Shown: positions 1-9,292 of the stretch, one piece after another
How positions within the stretch are numbered: position 1 is the stretch's first letter
Layout: the number at the start of each line of letters is the position of its first letter
From: an uncultured Candidatus Saccharibacteria bacterium
GTDB taxonomy: Bacteria > Patescibacteriota > Minisyncoccia > Sungbacterales > SURF-37
Direction: 5' to 3'
DNA length: 55,672 bases
Assembly (NCBI GenBank): GCA_964363965.1
Contig: CAYIKH010000002.1
Coordinates: 1-55,672 of the forward strand
The notes under the pieces: model-generated
Database searches by the model: none
Told to the model about the DNA's origin: nothing
The model's input: the letters and a program-made list of their open reading frames with translations, nothing else
Translations under genes and position numbers: made by a program

Positions 1-96
1 CTGAACGAAGTGAAGGAACTTGAGTTCCTTCGTCGCATACGCTCTTCAGGATGATACTCTGTGCAGTTTTGAATTTTGTGTTTCAAATTTTTGAAT

Positions 97-128
97 TTGT
101 TTAGAATTTAGAGCTTAGGATTTAGAGT
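97..128. repeat. AT-rich intergenic motif family, copy A (TTTGTTTAGAATTTAGAG + CTTAGGATTTAGAG)
   Basis: Near-identical 18-mers also occur at 32620-32637 and 35135-35152. It is preceded by the TTTTGAATTTTG / TTTTTGAATTTG blocks that are also found upstream of polA and holA. Confidence 0.45.
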
Positions 129-136
129 TTTTAGTT

Positions 137-1666
137 GTGGTTACGCTCTACTCCGCTCAGGTCACCGGCCTTGATGCCACTATCATAACCGTGGAGGCTG
201 ATCTATCCCCAGGCCTCCACATTTTTTCTATTGTCGGCTTGGCGGACAAGGAAGTCCAGGAATCGCGCGAGCGGATCGGCGTGGCTATCCGCAACCTCGG
301 AGCCCAGCCACCGCACAAAAAAAGCCAGCGCCTCATTATCAATCTGGCTCCGGCGGACATTAAAAAAGAAGGGCCGGCCTTTGACCTGGCCATTGCGCTC
401 GGGTTCCTCCTCGCCTCGGGTCAGACGCGCTTTGATCCGGCGAGGAAACTTTTTGCCGGCGAATTGGGCCTGGACGGCAGTTTAAGACCGGTAGCCGGCA
501 TTCTACCCATGGCTATTGCCGCGCGTCTCGCCGGATTCAAGACCCTTTACTTGCCGGCCGGCAACGGCAGCGAGGCGAGCCTGATTCAAGGCCTGACCAT
601 AAAGGAAGCTCGCACTCTGCAATCCGTCCTCGATGACTTGGAAGGCAAAAGGGAACTAGCCCCGATAAGCCCGCGTCCACCTCCATCATCGGCCCGACGC
701 GAGGCTATTGATTTTTCGCTCATCCGCGGCCAGGAACAGGCGAAAAGGGCCCTCGAGATTGCCGCCGCCGGATCGCATAACCTCCTTATGCAGGGACCGC
801 CCGGAACCGGAAAGACGATTCTGGCGCGCGCAATAGTCGGAATCCTGCCGGAGATGAGTGAGGATGAAATCGTTGAGGTAACAAAAATTTATAGCGTCGC
901 CGGGGTACTTAAACATCACGGCTCGGTAATCACCGACCGACCCTTCCGTTCTCCCCATCATACCGCCTCAGCCATCGCCATCACCGGCGGCGGATCAAAC
1001 ATTAGGCCGGGAGAGGTGACGCTGGCTCACCACGGAGTGCTCTTCCTTGATGAGTTTCCGGAATTTCAAAGTAATGTTTTAGAGGCTCTGCGCCAGCCCC
1101 TGGAAGATAAGTTTATTACCGTGGCCCGGGCCAGCGGCGTGGTTCAGTTCCCGGCGGACTTCATGCTGATTGCAGCCATGAATCCATGTCCCTGCGGCAA
1201 CCTCACCAATCCCCAGCTAAGATGCGTCTGCACTCCAGGAGTCATCGCCAAGTATCAGCGAAAAATATCGGGGCCGCTCCTGGACCGCATTGATCTTCAT
1301 ATTGAGGTATCCAACGTGGATGTGGGCAAGTTGGAAGAGAAGGCTGGCTCCGGCTCTGAATCCGAATCCGAGGCTGTAAAAAAACGTGTGGAGCAAGCGC
1401 GCTCGCGCCAGCATGAACGCTTCCGGGCTGGGGGTATTGCCACCAACAGTGCCATGGCCCTCCGCGAGTTGAAAAATTATTGCCGCCTTGATGAGGCCTC
1501 GCGGGAGGTGCTCGCCCGGGCTTATGAAAGATTTGCCATGTCGGTGCGCTCTTACTACCGCACCATAAAACTCAGCCGCACCATTGCCGATCTTGATTCT
1601 GCTGAAAATATCTCCACAGGGCATGTTTTGGAGGCGCTGCAATATCGGCCCAAGGTGGAGATATAA
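137..1666 (+). CDS. comM: Mg-chelatase-like AAA+ ATPase, YifB/ComM family
   Basis: 509 aa. Lon-protease-like N-terminal domain; Walker A LLMQGPPGTGKT; Walker B VLFLDEF; C-terminal Mg-chelatase subunit ChlI-like region. Typical of the YifB/ComM family. Confidence 0.85.
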   Translation: MVTLYSAQVTGLDATIITVEADLSPGLHIFSIVGLADKEVQESRERIGVAIRNLGAQPPHKKSQRLIINLAPADIKKEGPAFDLAIALGFLLASGQTRFDPARKLFAGELGLDGSLRPVAGILPMAIAARLAGFKTLYLPAGNGSEASLIQGLTIKEARTLQSVLDDLEGKRELAPISPRPPPSSARREAIDFSLIRGQEQAKRALEIAAAGSHNLLMQGPPGTGKTILARAIVGILPEMSEDEIVEVTKIYSVAGVLKHHGSVITDRPFRSPHHTASAIAITGGGSNIRPGEVTLAHHGVLFLDEFPEFQSNVLEALRQPLEDKFITVARASGVVQFPADFMLIAAMNPCPCGNLTNPQLRCVCTPGVIAKYQRKISGPLLDRIDLHIEVSNVDVGKLEEKAGSGSESESEAVKKRVEQARSRQHERFRAGGIATNSAMALRELKNYCRLDEASREVLARAYERFAMSVRSYYRTIKLSRTIADLDSAENISTGHVLEALQYRPKVEI

Positions 1667-1698
1667 GGGATAAGGTGAAAGGTGATAGATAGAAGTAC

Positions 1699-1727
1699 AA
1701 AAATAAAAGACGCTCGAATTCGGCGTC
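1699..1727 (-). terminator. Rho-independent terminator candidate for the LysM-M23 gene
   Basis: On the minus strand, stem GACGC(CGAATTCGA)GCGTC followed by TTTTATTTTTG. It lies about 34 nt after the 1761 stop, between two convergent genes. Confidence 0.4.
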
Positions 1728-1760
1728 CTTACCCCTTCACCTCTCTAATCTTTCCCTTTT

Positions 1761-2807
1761 TTAGAACGGATTCCGGGCTCCCCGCACTTCAAAATGCACG
1801 TGGCAACCGGTGGAGTTCCCCGAGGAACCTATGCTGCCAATCACCTGGCCTTGGCGCACGGCCTCGCCAGGGGCGACAACCACATCCTTTAGATGCGAAT
1901 AAAGGGTCTGGGTGTTGTTGATATGGCTTAAAACCACATAGCGGCCATAGCCGCCATTCCAGCCGGAGGAGCGAGACACCAAAACCTGGCCGTCGGCCGA
2001 GGCCAAAACCGGCAATCCGCACGAATCAGCAAGATCCACACCGTTGAAGCCATGAAGCCCGCGGGAGCGACGGCCGGCTAGGATGGGGCGAATATAGAAG
2101 CCTTCGTAGGTCGGCAGATTGGCAAAAAGCTGTCCTCTAAGCGGGCTCACGGGCGAGGCCTGGGGAACTTCGCCGTCAGGAACAATGACTATGGTGCCCA
2201 AGGCCAACTCCTCGTCAGGAGCCAGGCCGTTGAACCGGAGAATGTCCTCGATGCTCGCGCGGTATTTCTTGGCGATGCGCTCAACAGTGTCTCCGGCCTT
2301 CACCTCGTGCTTTACGCCGGTAACCGGCAAAATCAGAAGCTCGGTGCCAACCCGGATAGCCCGGCTGTCTGAAATATTATTGGCCCAGATGATGGTATTT
2401 ACTGAAACCCCAAAGGATTTGGCAATGGAGCCAAGCGTATCTCCGGGCCGGATGGTGTAGATGAATATCTGGTCAGCCGCCTCGGCACCGCCCACGGCCA
2501 CCACGCCAATAGGGTTTAACGGCGCGGCCAGGGCATTATTTTGAACAACGGTGATGGGGCTATATTCCAGCTCCTGGTTAGATCCGGTGGCGAGACGTTT
2601 CTCCGCGGACAGGACCGAAGATCCGGATGCGGCCTGGCCTTCATGAATGAAGGCCGGAAATTCATCCTCCACTTCCAGGCGCTCGAAGGCGAAAAACTTG
2701 GCCAGCATGGCCAGGATTCCAGCCTCGGCGGGCTGGGGAAAGGTAAAGACCACGGTCACGGCAAGGAAAAGAGCCGCAAAAACGGCAAAAGGCCATTTAA
2801 AAGCCAA
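1761..2807 (-). CDS. Secreted peptidoglycan hydrolase: two LysM domains plus C-terminal M23 metallopeptidase
   Basis: N-terminal signal/TM segment; two LysM repeats (DTLGSIAKSFGVSVNTIIWAN and DTVERIAKKYRASIEDILRFN); M23 motifs GYGRYVVLSH and HVHFEV near the C-terminus. Confidence 0.85.
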   Translation of the reverse strand: MAFKWPFAVFAALFLAVTVVFTFPQPAEAGILAMLAKFFAFERLEVEDEFPAFIHEGQAASGSSVLSAEKRLATGSNQELEYSPITVVQNNALAAPLNPIGVVAVGGAEAADQIFIYTIRPGDTLGSIAKSFGVSVNTIIWANNISDSRAIRVGTELLILPVTGVKHEVKAGDTVERIAKKYRASIEDILRFNGLAPDEELALGTIVIVPDGEVPQASPVSPLRGQLFANLPTYEGFYIRPILAGRRSRGLHGFNGVDLADSCGLPVLASADGQVLVSRSSGWNGGYGRYVVLSHINNTQTLYSHLKDVVVAPGEAVRQGQVIGSIGSSGNSTGCHVHFEVRGARNPF

Positions 2808-3130
2808 AAGCTTCTTTGGGTAAAGAAGCGTTTTTGACGAGAGTCTTCTGTTGATTTTTCGTCCCGCACCGACTTTGGATTCATCGGAACGGGAGACGAA
2901 GGAAGTACTAATGGCTGGGTCTCCTTTGAGGAAAGTGCGAGAAACGACAGTACTGCTGTAAATCAGATTTTAGGCGACTTTTCGTGAAAACCCGCAACAA
3001 AAGAGCGGGATATTCCGCCGTCTAGTTAGTATAGCCGAAGGTTAAAAACACGGCAATCCAAGATATGCCCAGTGGGAGGATGGGAATTTTTTGATAGTCA
3101 TGGGGCTTTTTGCTAGGATGAGCTACTCAC

Positions 3131-5128
3131 ATGGAAGCCAATACTTCAGAATCAATACTCCAGCCCCTTAACCAGCGCCAGCGCCAGGCCGTGACCAGTC
3201 AAGAGGGGCCGGTCCTGGTTATTGCCGGTCCGGGATCGGGAAAGACCCGGGCTCTGGCCCATCGCATCGCCTATCTTATCGCCTCGGGCCTGCGACCGCA
3301 GGAAATCCTGGCCGTGACTTTCACCAACAAAGCGGCTGAGGAGATGCAGGAACGAGTAAATAAGCTTATAAGCGTACAAGCCGATAAGCTATCGCCGCCT
3401 AATCGTCCCGGCTTACCCGCCTATCCGCCTATTCGCTTATCAGCTTCTAGCTCGCCTTTTATCGGCACCTTCCACGGCTTCGCCGCCTTTGTCCTGCGCA
3501 AGGAGTCAGCCCGCATCGGCTACCGGCCGCATTTTACCATCTTTGACGAAGACGACACGCTTGCGCTCATCAAAGAGGTCATGAAGGAGCTCAATTTGAG
3601 CTCAAAAAATTTCCCCGCGCCCATGGTCGCATCTGTCATTTCCAATCTAAAAAATGATCTCATTGCCTGGGACGAATACGAGGGGCGCGGTTCGTCCGAG
3701 CCCTTTCCGCGCACCATAGCCGCAATTTATAAAGCCTACCAGGAGCGCCTTAAGGTCTCAAACGCTCTTGATTTTGATGATCTTATTTTTCATACCGTGC
3801 GGCTGTGGCGCGAGAGACCTGCGGTTTTGAACCGCTGGCAGTCAAGATACCGCTATCTTAACGTTGACGAATATCAGGACACCAATGCCAGTCAATACGA
3901 ACTGGTGAAGATGCTCGCCCAAAAGCACCATAACTTATTTGTCATCGGTGACGATGCGCAATCAATATACGGCTGGCGGGGCGCGGATTATAAAAACATT
4001 TTAAATTTTGAGCGCGACTGGCCCGAGGCTAAAGTCATCCTGCTTGAAGAAAACTACCGCTCCACCCCGGAGATACTTGAGGCGGCCAACCACCTCATCC
4101 GAAAAAACCAGGACCAAAAACAAAAAACCCTATGGACCAAAAATCCCTCCGGGCGCCTTCCGGAAATCCGGGCGCACGAGGATGAACGGGCCGAGTCCGA
4201 ATACATTGCCGAGGAAATCGCCATGCTACGCCAAAACGCCTACACCTGGAAAGATTTTGCCGTGCTTTACCGCACCAATGCCCAGTCGCGGGTCCTGGAA
4301 GAGGCAATGCTGGAACGCGACGTTCCTTATGCCATCATCGGCGGCATACGCTTTTTCCAGCGGCGCGAAATCAAGGACCTGGTGGCTTATCTTCGCCTTC
4401 TGCAAAACCCTGGAGATGCGCTGGCTTTGAAGCGGATCATCAATGTTCCGGCGCGCGGCATCGGACCCAAAACATTTCTTAGCTACCTCGCCGGGCGCGT
4501 CTCGGATCTTTCACTAAAAGATCAGGAGAAACTCAAGCGCTTTGAGGTTATTAAAACACGACTGCACCAAGAAATGAGCGGCCATAACCCTTTGGCCGAG
4601 TTCCTGAAGCGGCTCATTAAAACCATTGGCTACGAAGAGTATGTGGCCGATTTTTCAAAGGACGGCGAATCGCGGCTTGAGAACATCCGCGAGCTTGTAA
4701 GCCTAGCCAGGAAATACGATGCTCTGCCCATTGGACAGGCCGTAACCAAATTACTGGAAGAGATCGCTTTGGCTTCGGACCAGGATGAGTTAAAGGCTGG
4801 TGATGATCGAGTAAAACTCATGACCTTGCATAGCGCCAAGGGTTTGGAATTCCCGGTGGTTTTTGTCTCCGGCCTGGAGGAAGGAATTTTGCCGCATGCC
4901 AAATCCATCCAAAACGGACGGGCCGAACTTGAGGAGGAACGTCGCTTGGCTTACGTCGGCATGACCCGGGCCAAAAAACGATTGTATCTTACCTGGGCCA
5001 TCGCGCGAACTCTTTTTGGCGACCGGCAAATCAATATGCCCTCGCGCTTTTTGCGCGAATTGCCCAAAGAGATGCTTGAGTCCAACGAAGTTTTAGCCGA
5101 TGACACGCTGATCGTTGATGAAGAGTAA
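3131..5128 (+). CDS. uvrD: ATP-dependent DNA helicase UvrD/PcrA (SF1)
   Basis: 665 aa. Walker A AGPGSGKT; helicase motif VDEYQDTN; TLHSAKGLEFPVVFV; VGMTRAK motif VI. A candidate -35/-10 pair (TTGATA-17-TAGGAT) sits just upstream. Confidence 0.9.
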   Translation: MEANTSESILQPLNQRQRQAVTSQEGPVLVIAGPGSGKTRALAHRIAYLIASGLRPQEILAVTFTNKAAEEMQERVNKLISVQADKLSPPNRPGLPAYPPIRLSASSSPFIGTFHGFAAFVLRKESARIGYRPHFTIFDEDDTLALIKEVMKELNLSSKNFPAPMVASVISNLKNDLIAWDEYEGRGSSEPFPRTIAAIYKAYQERLKVSNALDFDDLIFHTVRLWRERPAVLNRWQSRYRYLNVDEYQDTNASQYELVKMLAQKHHNLFVIGDDAQSIYGWRGADYKNILNFERDWPEAKVILLEENYRSTPEILEAANHLIRKNQDQKQKTLWTKNPSGRLPEIRAHEDERAESEYIAEEIAMLRQNAYTWKDFAVLYRTNAQSRVLEEAMLERDVPYAIIGGIRFFQRREIKDLVAYLRLLQNPGDALALKRIINVPARGIGPKTFLSYLAGRVSDLSLKDQEKLKRFEVIKTRLHQEMSGHNPLAEFLKRLIKTIGYEEYVADFSKDGESRLENIRELVSLARKYDALPIGQAVTKLLEEIALASDQDELKAGDDRVKLMTLHSAKGLEFPVVFVSGLEEGILPHAKSIQNGRAELEEERRLAYVGMTRAKKRLYLTWAIARTLFGDRQINMPSRFLRELPKEMLESNEVLADDTLIVDEE

Positions 5129-5939
5129 TACAAAAACTCTCCTGGAAATCCGTCCTAATAAACTATTGGGTCAGCACTTTTTGCGTTCGCGCCAAGTGCT
5201 GCAAAAAATCATTGCCGCCGCCGAGCTTTCACAAGAAAAAACAGTTCTTGAAATCGGGCCGGGCCTTGGCACCCTCACCCGGGCACTGGCCAAAAGAGCT
5301 GGATTGGTGGTGGCCGTGGAAAAGGATCAGCGACTAGCCGAGCAACTTGAAAAAAGCCTAGCCTCCGAACTAATCGCTAACGTCCGCGTTGTCCGCGGCG
5401 ATATCCTGAAAATTAATTTTGCCGACCTTAAGCTTCCGCCGGACTACTCAGTCGTCGCCAATATTCCCTACTATCTTACCTCGCGCCTGCTGCGAACCCT
5501 CCTTGAGAGTAAGCATCCGCCTCGGGAAATGATTTTAACGGTGCAAAAAGAGGTGGCCGAAAGGATTGTGGCCAAACCGCCCAAGATGAATCTTTTGGCC
5601 GTTTCTGTGCAAGCGTTTGCCAAGCCGAAAATTTTGTTTACCGTACCCCCAAGCGCTTTTTATCCTCCACCCGCAGTGGATTCAGCACTGATTAAATTAA
5701 GCTCAGTGTCCGAGAAATTTTTCACGGAGGAGACGGTGCCGCCCGATCGATTTTTCCAAATTGTCCGCGCCGGATTCCAAGCGCGGCGAAAGACCCTGGC
5801 CAACAATCTCGCCAGATACTTGGGCAACAAAAAAGCAGCCGAGGCGCGGCTGGAAGAATGCGGCATTGACCCGCGGGCACGGGCGGAGACACTCCCGCTT
5901 AAGGCGTGGACGACTCTTACTCGCAAGCTCTGCAAATAG
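5115..5939 (+). CDS. rsmA: 16S rRNA (adenine1518/1519-N6)-dimethyltransferase RsmA/KsgA
   Basis: LGQHFL start motif; SAM-binding motif EIGPGLGTLT; NIPY motif. Overlaps the uvrD end by 14 nt. Confidence 0.9.
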   Translation: MMKSNTKTLLEIRPNKLLGQHFLRSRQVLQKIIAAAELSQEKTVLEIGPGLGTLTRALAKRAGLVVAVEKDQRLAEQLEKSLASELIANVRVVRGDILKINFADLKLPPDYSVVANIPYYLTSRLLRTLLESKHPPREMILTVQKEVAERIVAKPPKMNLLAVSVQAFAKPKILFTVPPSAFYPPPAVDSALIKLSSVSEKFFTEETVPPDRFFQIVRAGFQARRKTLANNLARYLGNKKAAEARLEECGIDPRARAETLPLKAWTTLTRKLCK

Positions 5940-5971
5940 AATAATAGGTGCCTTTTGGATTGCCGAAGGTA

Positions 5972-6388
5972 CTATAGCGACGTGCCAGTACCCGGCAGGA
6001 AGCCCAACATTCCGTTTGAGGAAATTCGTACGCAACCTGTCCCAACATACATGAGGCATTGGCTCCCCACGGGCGCATAACTGCCCAGGAGAAATCTGCC
6101 GTAAATGTTGTAGTAGAGATAAAGCCTCGACACTCCCGGCTGGTAGACGAGAAGAAGGGGGCGGATGGTCGCATAATCAAAAATAGGGAGAAGAAAATTG
6201 GCGCTGCAGGTACAAAAGATGGCAAACGAATTCGCCCCACCAAATGGAATTTCTGGACCAAAGGGAAGTTGGGCCAGCGCCGTATTGTGAGCGGGGAAAG
6301 GGGTGAAGGGGACAAACGAAAGAACTGCGAGCACAAGTGCTCCGGCCGCGATCTGCATCCCAAGTTTGAAATGCATGTAACCTTTCAT
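5972..6388 (-). CDS. Hypothetical small membrane/secreted protein
   Basis: 138 aa with a hydrophobic N-terminus (MQIAAGALVLAVLSFVPF). It starts 3 nt after the stop of the upstream minus-strand gene. The competing plus-strand ORF 6059..6412 looks non-coding (K/R/G-rich). Confidence 0.3.
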   Translation of the reverse strand: MKGYMHFKLGMQIAAGALVLAVLSFVPFTPFPAHNTALAQLPFGPEIPFGGANSFAIFCTCSANFLLPIFDYATIRPLLLVYQPGVSRLYLYYNIYGRFLLGSYAPVGSQCLMYVGTGCVRISSNGMLGFLPGTGTSL

Positions 6389-6391
6389 GCG

Positions 6392-7204
6392 CTAATTGCC
6401 GACATCGTTTAAGATTGCCGCGATATCGGTCATAAGCTCAACCGGATTGCTCTCGCCGTTTGAGTTCCGCACCGCAACGATAACGGGAATGCGGGAAGTT
6501 TTTGGCCCGTCTATTGTCTGCTGGACATTTGCGGCCACCACCGCAACAACGGCTTCGTAGGACTCGCCCGAAGCGCTCGCGGCCTCGCGCACCTGCGCCT
6601 TCAGGGTTTCGGCGGCGGTGAAACGGAAGGTGAAGCGGAGCGTCTTACCGTCGCTTGAAGAAAGATTGGTAAATGCGTCCGACAGCTCGCTCGAAACCAG
6701 CACCGTATTCCCCGTGGCGGTGAAGTTTTCTCCGGTGATCGTAACCTCTGCGGTGCTTTTGGTGATAACCGCCGGGAAGATCGAAATAATTTTGGGCCGC
6801 ACGTTCATCGGCGGGGCGGCCTGGCTTGTTGCGACCGGAGGGGTCTTGTCCGGCACCAATCGGAGCAGAAAAAGCCGTGTCTGACTGGCCACGATGCCGG
6901 TTGGCGCGCTCAAGCCAATGGGGGCAAGAATATCAAGAGCGTATTTTCGCTGCAGCCGCAACACCGCATCATGGGTCAACGGCCCAAAGTACTCTGTTTC
7001 GTTCCCTGGGGAACCCGGGCCGCTTTCAGACACTTTCGTTTCCGGATCGCGGTTGAGAATTTGCTGAAGTTCCCGGACATCCGGCCCGCGGCTGCCCTGC
7101 TTCAGGTTCCGCAAAATCGCGCTTTCGGCCGCCAAGGACCCCAGCCAAGCCATGACGGCAATAAATAGCGCCGCGATAGTGAATAAAAACGACTTTAGAT
7201 TCAT
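6392..7204 (-). CDS. Secreted protein with peptidoglycan-binding (PG_binding_1-like) domain and Ig/IPT-like domain
   Basis: Signal peptide MNLKSFLFTIAALFIAVMA. Motif LKQGSRGPDVRELQQILN...GPLTHDAVLRLQRKYAL typical of a PG-binding domain. A beta-rich ISIFPAVITKSTAEVTITGENF region follows. Confidence 0.6.
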   Translation of the reverse strand: MNLKSFLFTIAALFIAVMAWLGSLAAESAILRNLKQGSRGPDVRELQQILNRDPETKVSESGPGSPGNETEYFGPLTHDAVLRLQRKYALDILAPIGLSAPTGIVASQTRLFLLRLVPDKTPPVATSQAAPPMNVRPKIISIFPAVITKSTAEVTITGENFTATGNTVLVSSELSDAFTNLSSSDGKTLRFTFRFTAAETLKAQVREAASASGESYEAVVAVVAANVQQTIDGPKTSRIPVIVAVRNSNGESNPVELMTDIAAILNDVGN

Positions 7205-7319
7205 TGCTCATTCTGATATTACCACGGACTTGCTTGTCTTCACAGGTTTTCTGGAAAATTGGCAATTAGTTATCCACAGAAAACCCAAAGAAAATGCACA
7301 AATTGTTATAATCAGGGTG

Positions 7320-8348
7320 ATGCCGAAATCATTTGAGATCGGCGTAAAATCCTCTCCAAAGCGGAGGAAGCTTTGGGTTGTTTTGGGCGTTGCGGCGATT
7401 GTCCTAATCGCCGCGCTTCTATTCCGAGGGCGGCTTGCGGCGTTCGCGCAGTTTCTCTCAGGAGAAAAGACGGTAAACGTCAACGCCGAGGAGGCGCGGG
7501 GCGCGCTTGCCGCGGCCGTGGCTTCCTCACTCGGAGTTGACGTGGCCCAGGATTCCGACGAAGACGGCCTCAAGGATTGGGAAGAGGCCGTTTGGCAGAC
7601 CGATCCGCAAAAACCGGATACTGACGGCGACGGAACAACCGACGGGGACGAAATTAAAGCCAACCGCAATCCGCTCCAGATCGGACCGGATGACCAATTA
7701 AGCCAACTGCCGCTAGCCGGCGAGTTGTCTTCCCCCGCCGCCGGAGAGGATAACGTGACTGTTGCACTGCCCAAGAACCTGCTTACGAGCGGCGTCTTGG
7801 GAGCCATCAACGAAAAGGGAGAAATCACATCCACCGACTTTCTCGACCGCCTCACCCTTCCCGAAAATCTTGCCGCGACCATCAACCTCGAGGAGGATCT
7901 CATCGTCGCCCAAGACCTGCCGACAACTTCCGACAACAGCGCGGCCCGCGTCGCCGATTACTTTCATACATTGCTCGCCATTTACCAGAAGCGGCTCGGC
8001 CCATACCGGAGCGATCTTGTAATTCTCGAGGAGGCGGTGAAGAACGAGGACTACTCCAAACTCGCCGAACTCGATCCGTTGATTGTCGGGCTCAACGAGA
8101 TCATCGCCGAAGTCAAGGCGCTGCCCGTGCCGACGAACTGGCGCGCGACGGCCAGCCGCGAGGTGAACTACCTCCTGAAAACAAAGCGCGCCTGGGAAAT
8201 ATTCCGCAACACCGAGCGCGACCCGCTCGCAACCCTGTTTGTCATCAGGCCGCGCATAAACCTCCTTCTCAAGATGATTCAGTTCCACGACGACCTCAGG
8301 CGCGATCTTACTGCGATCGGCGTAGCGTTTGAGTTGCCTCGACCCTAG
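7320..8348 (+). CDS. Membrane-anchored protein with calcium-binding thrombospondin-type-3-like repeats
   Basis: Start trimmed to the internal Met (MPKSFEIG) to avoid overlap with the convergent upstream gene. One TM helix (LWVVLGVAAIVLIAALLF); acidic DxDxDG loops DSDEDGLKDWEE...DTDGDGTTDGDE. An extended -10 (TGTTATAAT) at about 7299-7307 precedes it. Confidence 0.55.
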   Translation: MPKSFEIGVKSSPKRRKLWVVLGVAAIVLIAALLFRGRLAAFAQFLSGEKTVNVNAEEARGALAAAVASSLGVDVAQDSDEDGLKDWEEAVWQTDPQKPDTDGDGTTDGDEIKANRNPLQIGPDDQLSQLPLAGELSSPAAGEDNVTVALPKNLLTSGVLGAINEKGEITSTDFLDRLTLPENLAATINLEEDLIVAQDLPTTSDNSAARVADYFHTLLAIYQKRLGPYRSDLVILEEAVKNEDYSKLAELDPLIVGLNEIIAEVKALPVPTNWRATASREVNYLLKTKRAWEIFRNTERDPLATLFVIRPRINLLLKMIQFHDDLRRDLTAIGVAFELPRP

Positions 8349-9292
8349 TGATGAGTGCTGCCTTCCGCAAAACCCAATCATCCATAGCCGTCCTCCTCTT
8401 GGTGGCGACCCTTGTCTTCTTTATCCCCGCACTGCAGCCGGCGCGCGCCCAGCTGGATATCACTAGCTGTTTTAGCTCGATTCTCGGCTTCTTTGGCATA
8501 GATATATCCAGCATTGGGGGCGCTCTCGGCAGTCTGGGTATTGGCATTGGGCTTGAGGTTCCGGTCCGTGACGCGGTGGTGCGGGCGCAAACCACGATCG
8601 CGAATACCTCGACCAACAACTCAAGCTGCGTGAACGTCTTCACGACCGCCATTTTGAAAACCGCAATCGCGCTAGTGCGCGACATGGTCCTCCGCTGGAT
8701 CGTCACCGGAAACTTCGGAGCTCCGGTCTTTTCGACAAGTTACCGGATTGACGCCACGCGCATCGCCGAGAACGCATCGAGAATATTCATTTCCCAACTT
8801 ACCGGCCTCAACTTCTGCGCGGGATTCGGCATTCCTTCTCCCCAAAACTTTCTCCTTGGTTTCGCCTTGACATCCCAATGTACCCTCCCTGCCGGCATAA
8901 ACGAAAACTACACCGATGCGCTCCTCCGACTGCACAATGATCCCGGCTCCCTTACCTTTGAGGAGTATCTGGCATTGAGTAATCCACAAAATAATCGAGT
9001 CTACCAATACGTGTGGGCGCTGGATGAAAAGAGACGGCAGGAGGCAATAGCTGTGAACTCCTTCAACCAAGAGTACCAGGCGGGCAAGGGGTTCTTCTGC
9101 GTCAGGAACGCGAGCGGACGCTGCGTCACGCCGGGAAGTGCGGTGGCTGAACTGGTGATGCAGTCGCAGATTGTCTCGCCAATCCGCCAGACCGACGTGG
9201 CGGATGACATCCAAACCGCCATTGCCGCAATCCTTGATACCGCGGTCCGGGTGCTTATTGAAAGGGGGCTCGCTACTGTCTTTGGTCCGTGA
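8348..9292 (+). CDS. Hypothetical secreted protein of the T4SS-like cluster
   Basis: GTG start overlapping the upstream stop; signal peptide ending ARAQ; Cys-containing mature domain. The 4-nt overlap with the next gene suggests translational coupling. Confidence 0.55.
   Translation: MMSAAFRKTQSSIAVLLLVATLVFFIPALQPARAQLDITSCFSSILGFFGIDISSIGGALGSLGIGIGLEVPVRDAVVRAQTTIANTSTNNSSCVNVFTTAILKTAIALVRDMVLRWIVTGNFGAPVFSTSYRIDATRIAENASRIFISQLTGLNFCAGFGIPSPQNFLLGFALTSQCTLPAGINENYTDALLRLHNDPGSLTFEEYLALSNPQNNRVYQYVWALDEKRRQEAIAVNSFNQEYQAGKGFFCVRNASGRCVTPGSAVAELVMQSQIVSPIRQTDVADDIQTAIAAILDTAVRVLIERGLATVFGP

Noticed and set aside
1-136. Hairpin GAAGGAAC(TTGA)GTTCCTTC at about 10-34 followed by TTTTGAATTTTG blocks at the window start
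   Set aside because: It resembles the hairpin plus AT-rich architecture of the polA/holA upstream repeats. But it is truncated by the window edge and lacks a U-tract, so it cannot be called a terminator or repeat copy with confidence.
6059-6412. Plus-strand 117-aa ORF between rsmA and the PG-binding protein gene
   Set aside because: K/R/G-rich, low-complexity translation without a start context. It overlaps a more plausible minus-strand membrane-protein ORF (5972-6388). Likely non-coding.
7268-7276. Perfect DnaA-box consensus TTATCCACA in the promoter region of the T4SS-like operon
   Set aside because: A single 9-mer is expected about 0.4 times by chance in 55.7 kb on two strands, and no clustering of boxes is seen here. 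It is probably fortuitous.
7208-8381. Long minus-strand ORFs 7208-7936 and 7713-8381 antisense to the TSP3-repeat protein gene
   Set aside because: Ser/Ala/Arg-rich products with no motifs, fully overlapping a coding gene that has recognizable TM and Ca-binding features. These are typical high-GC antisense ORFs.
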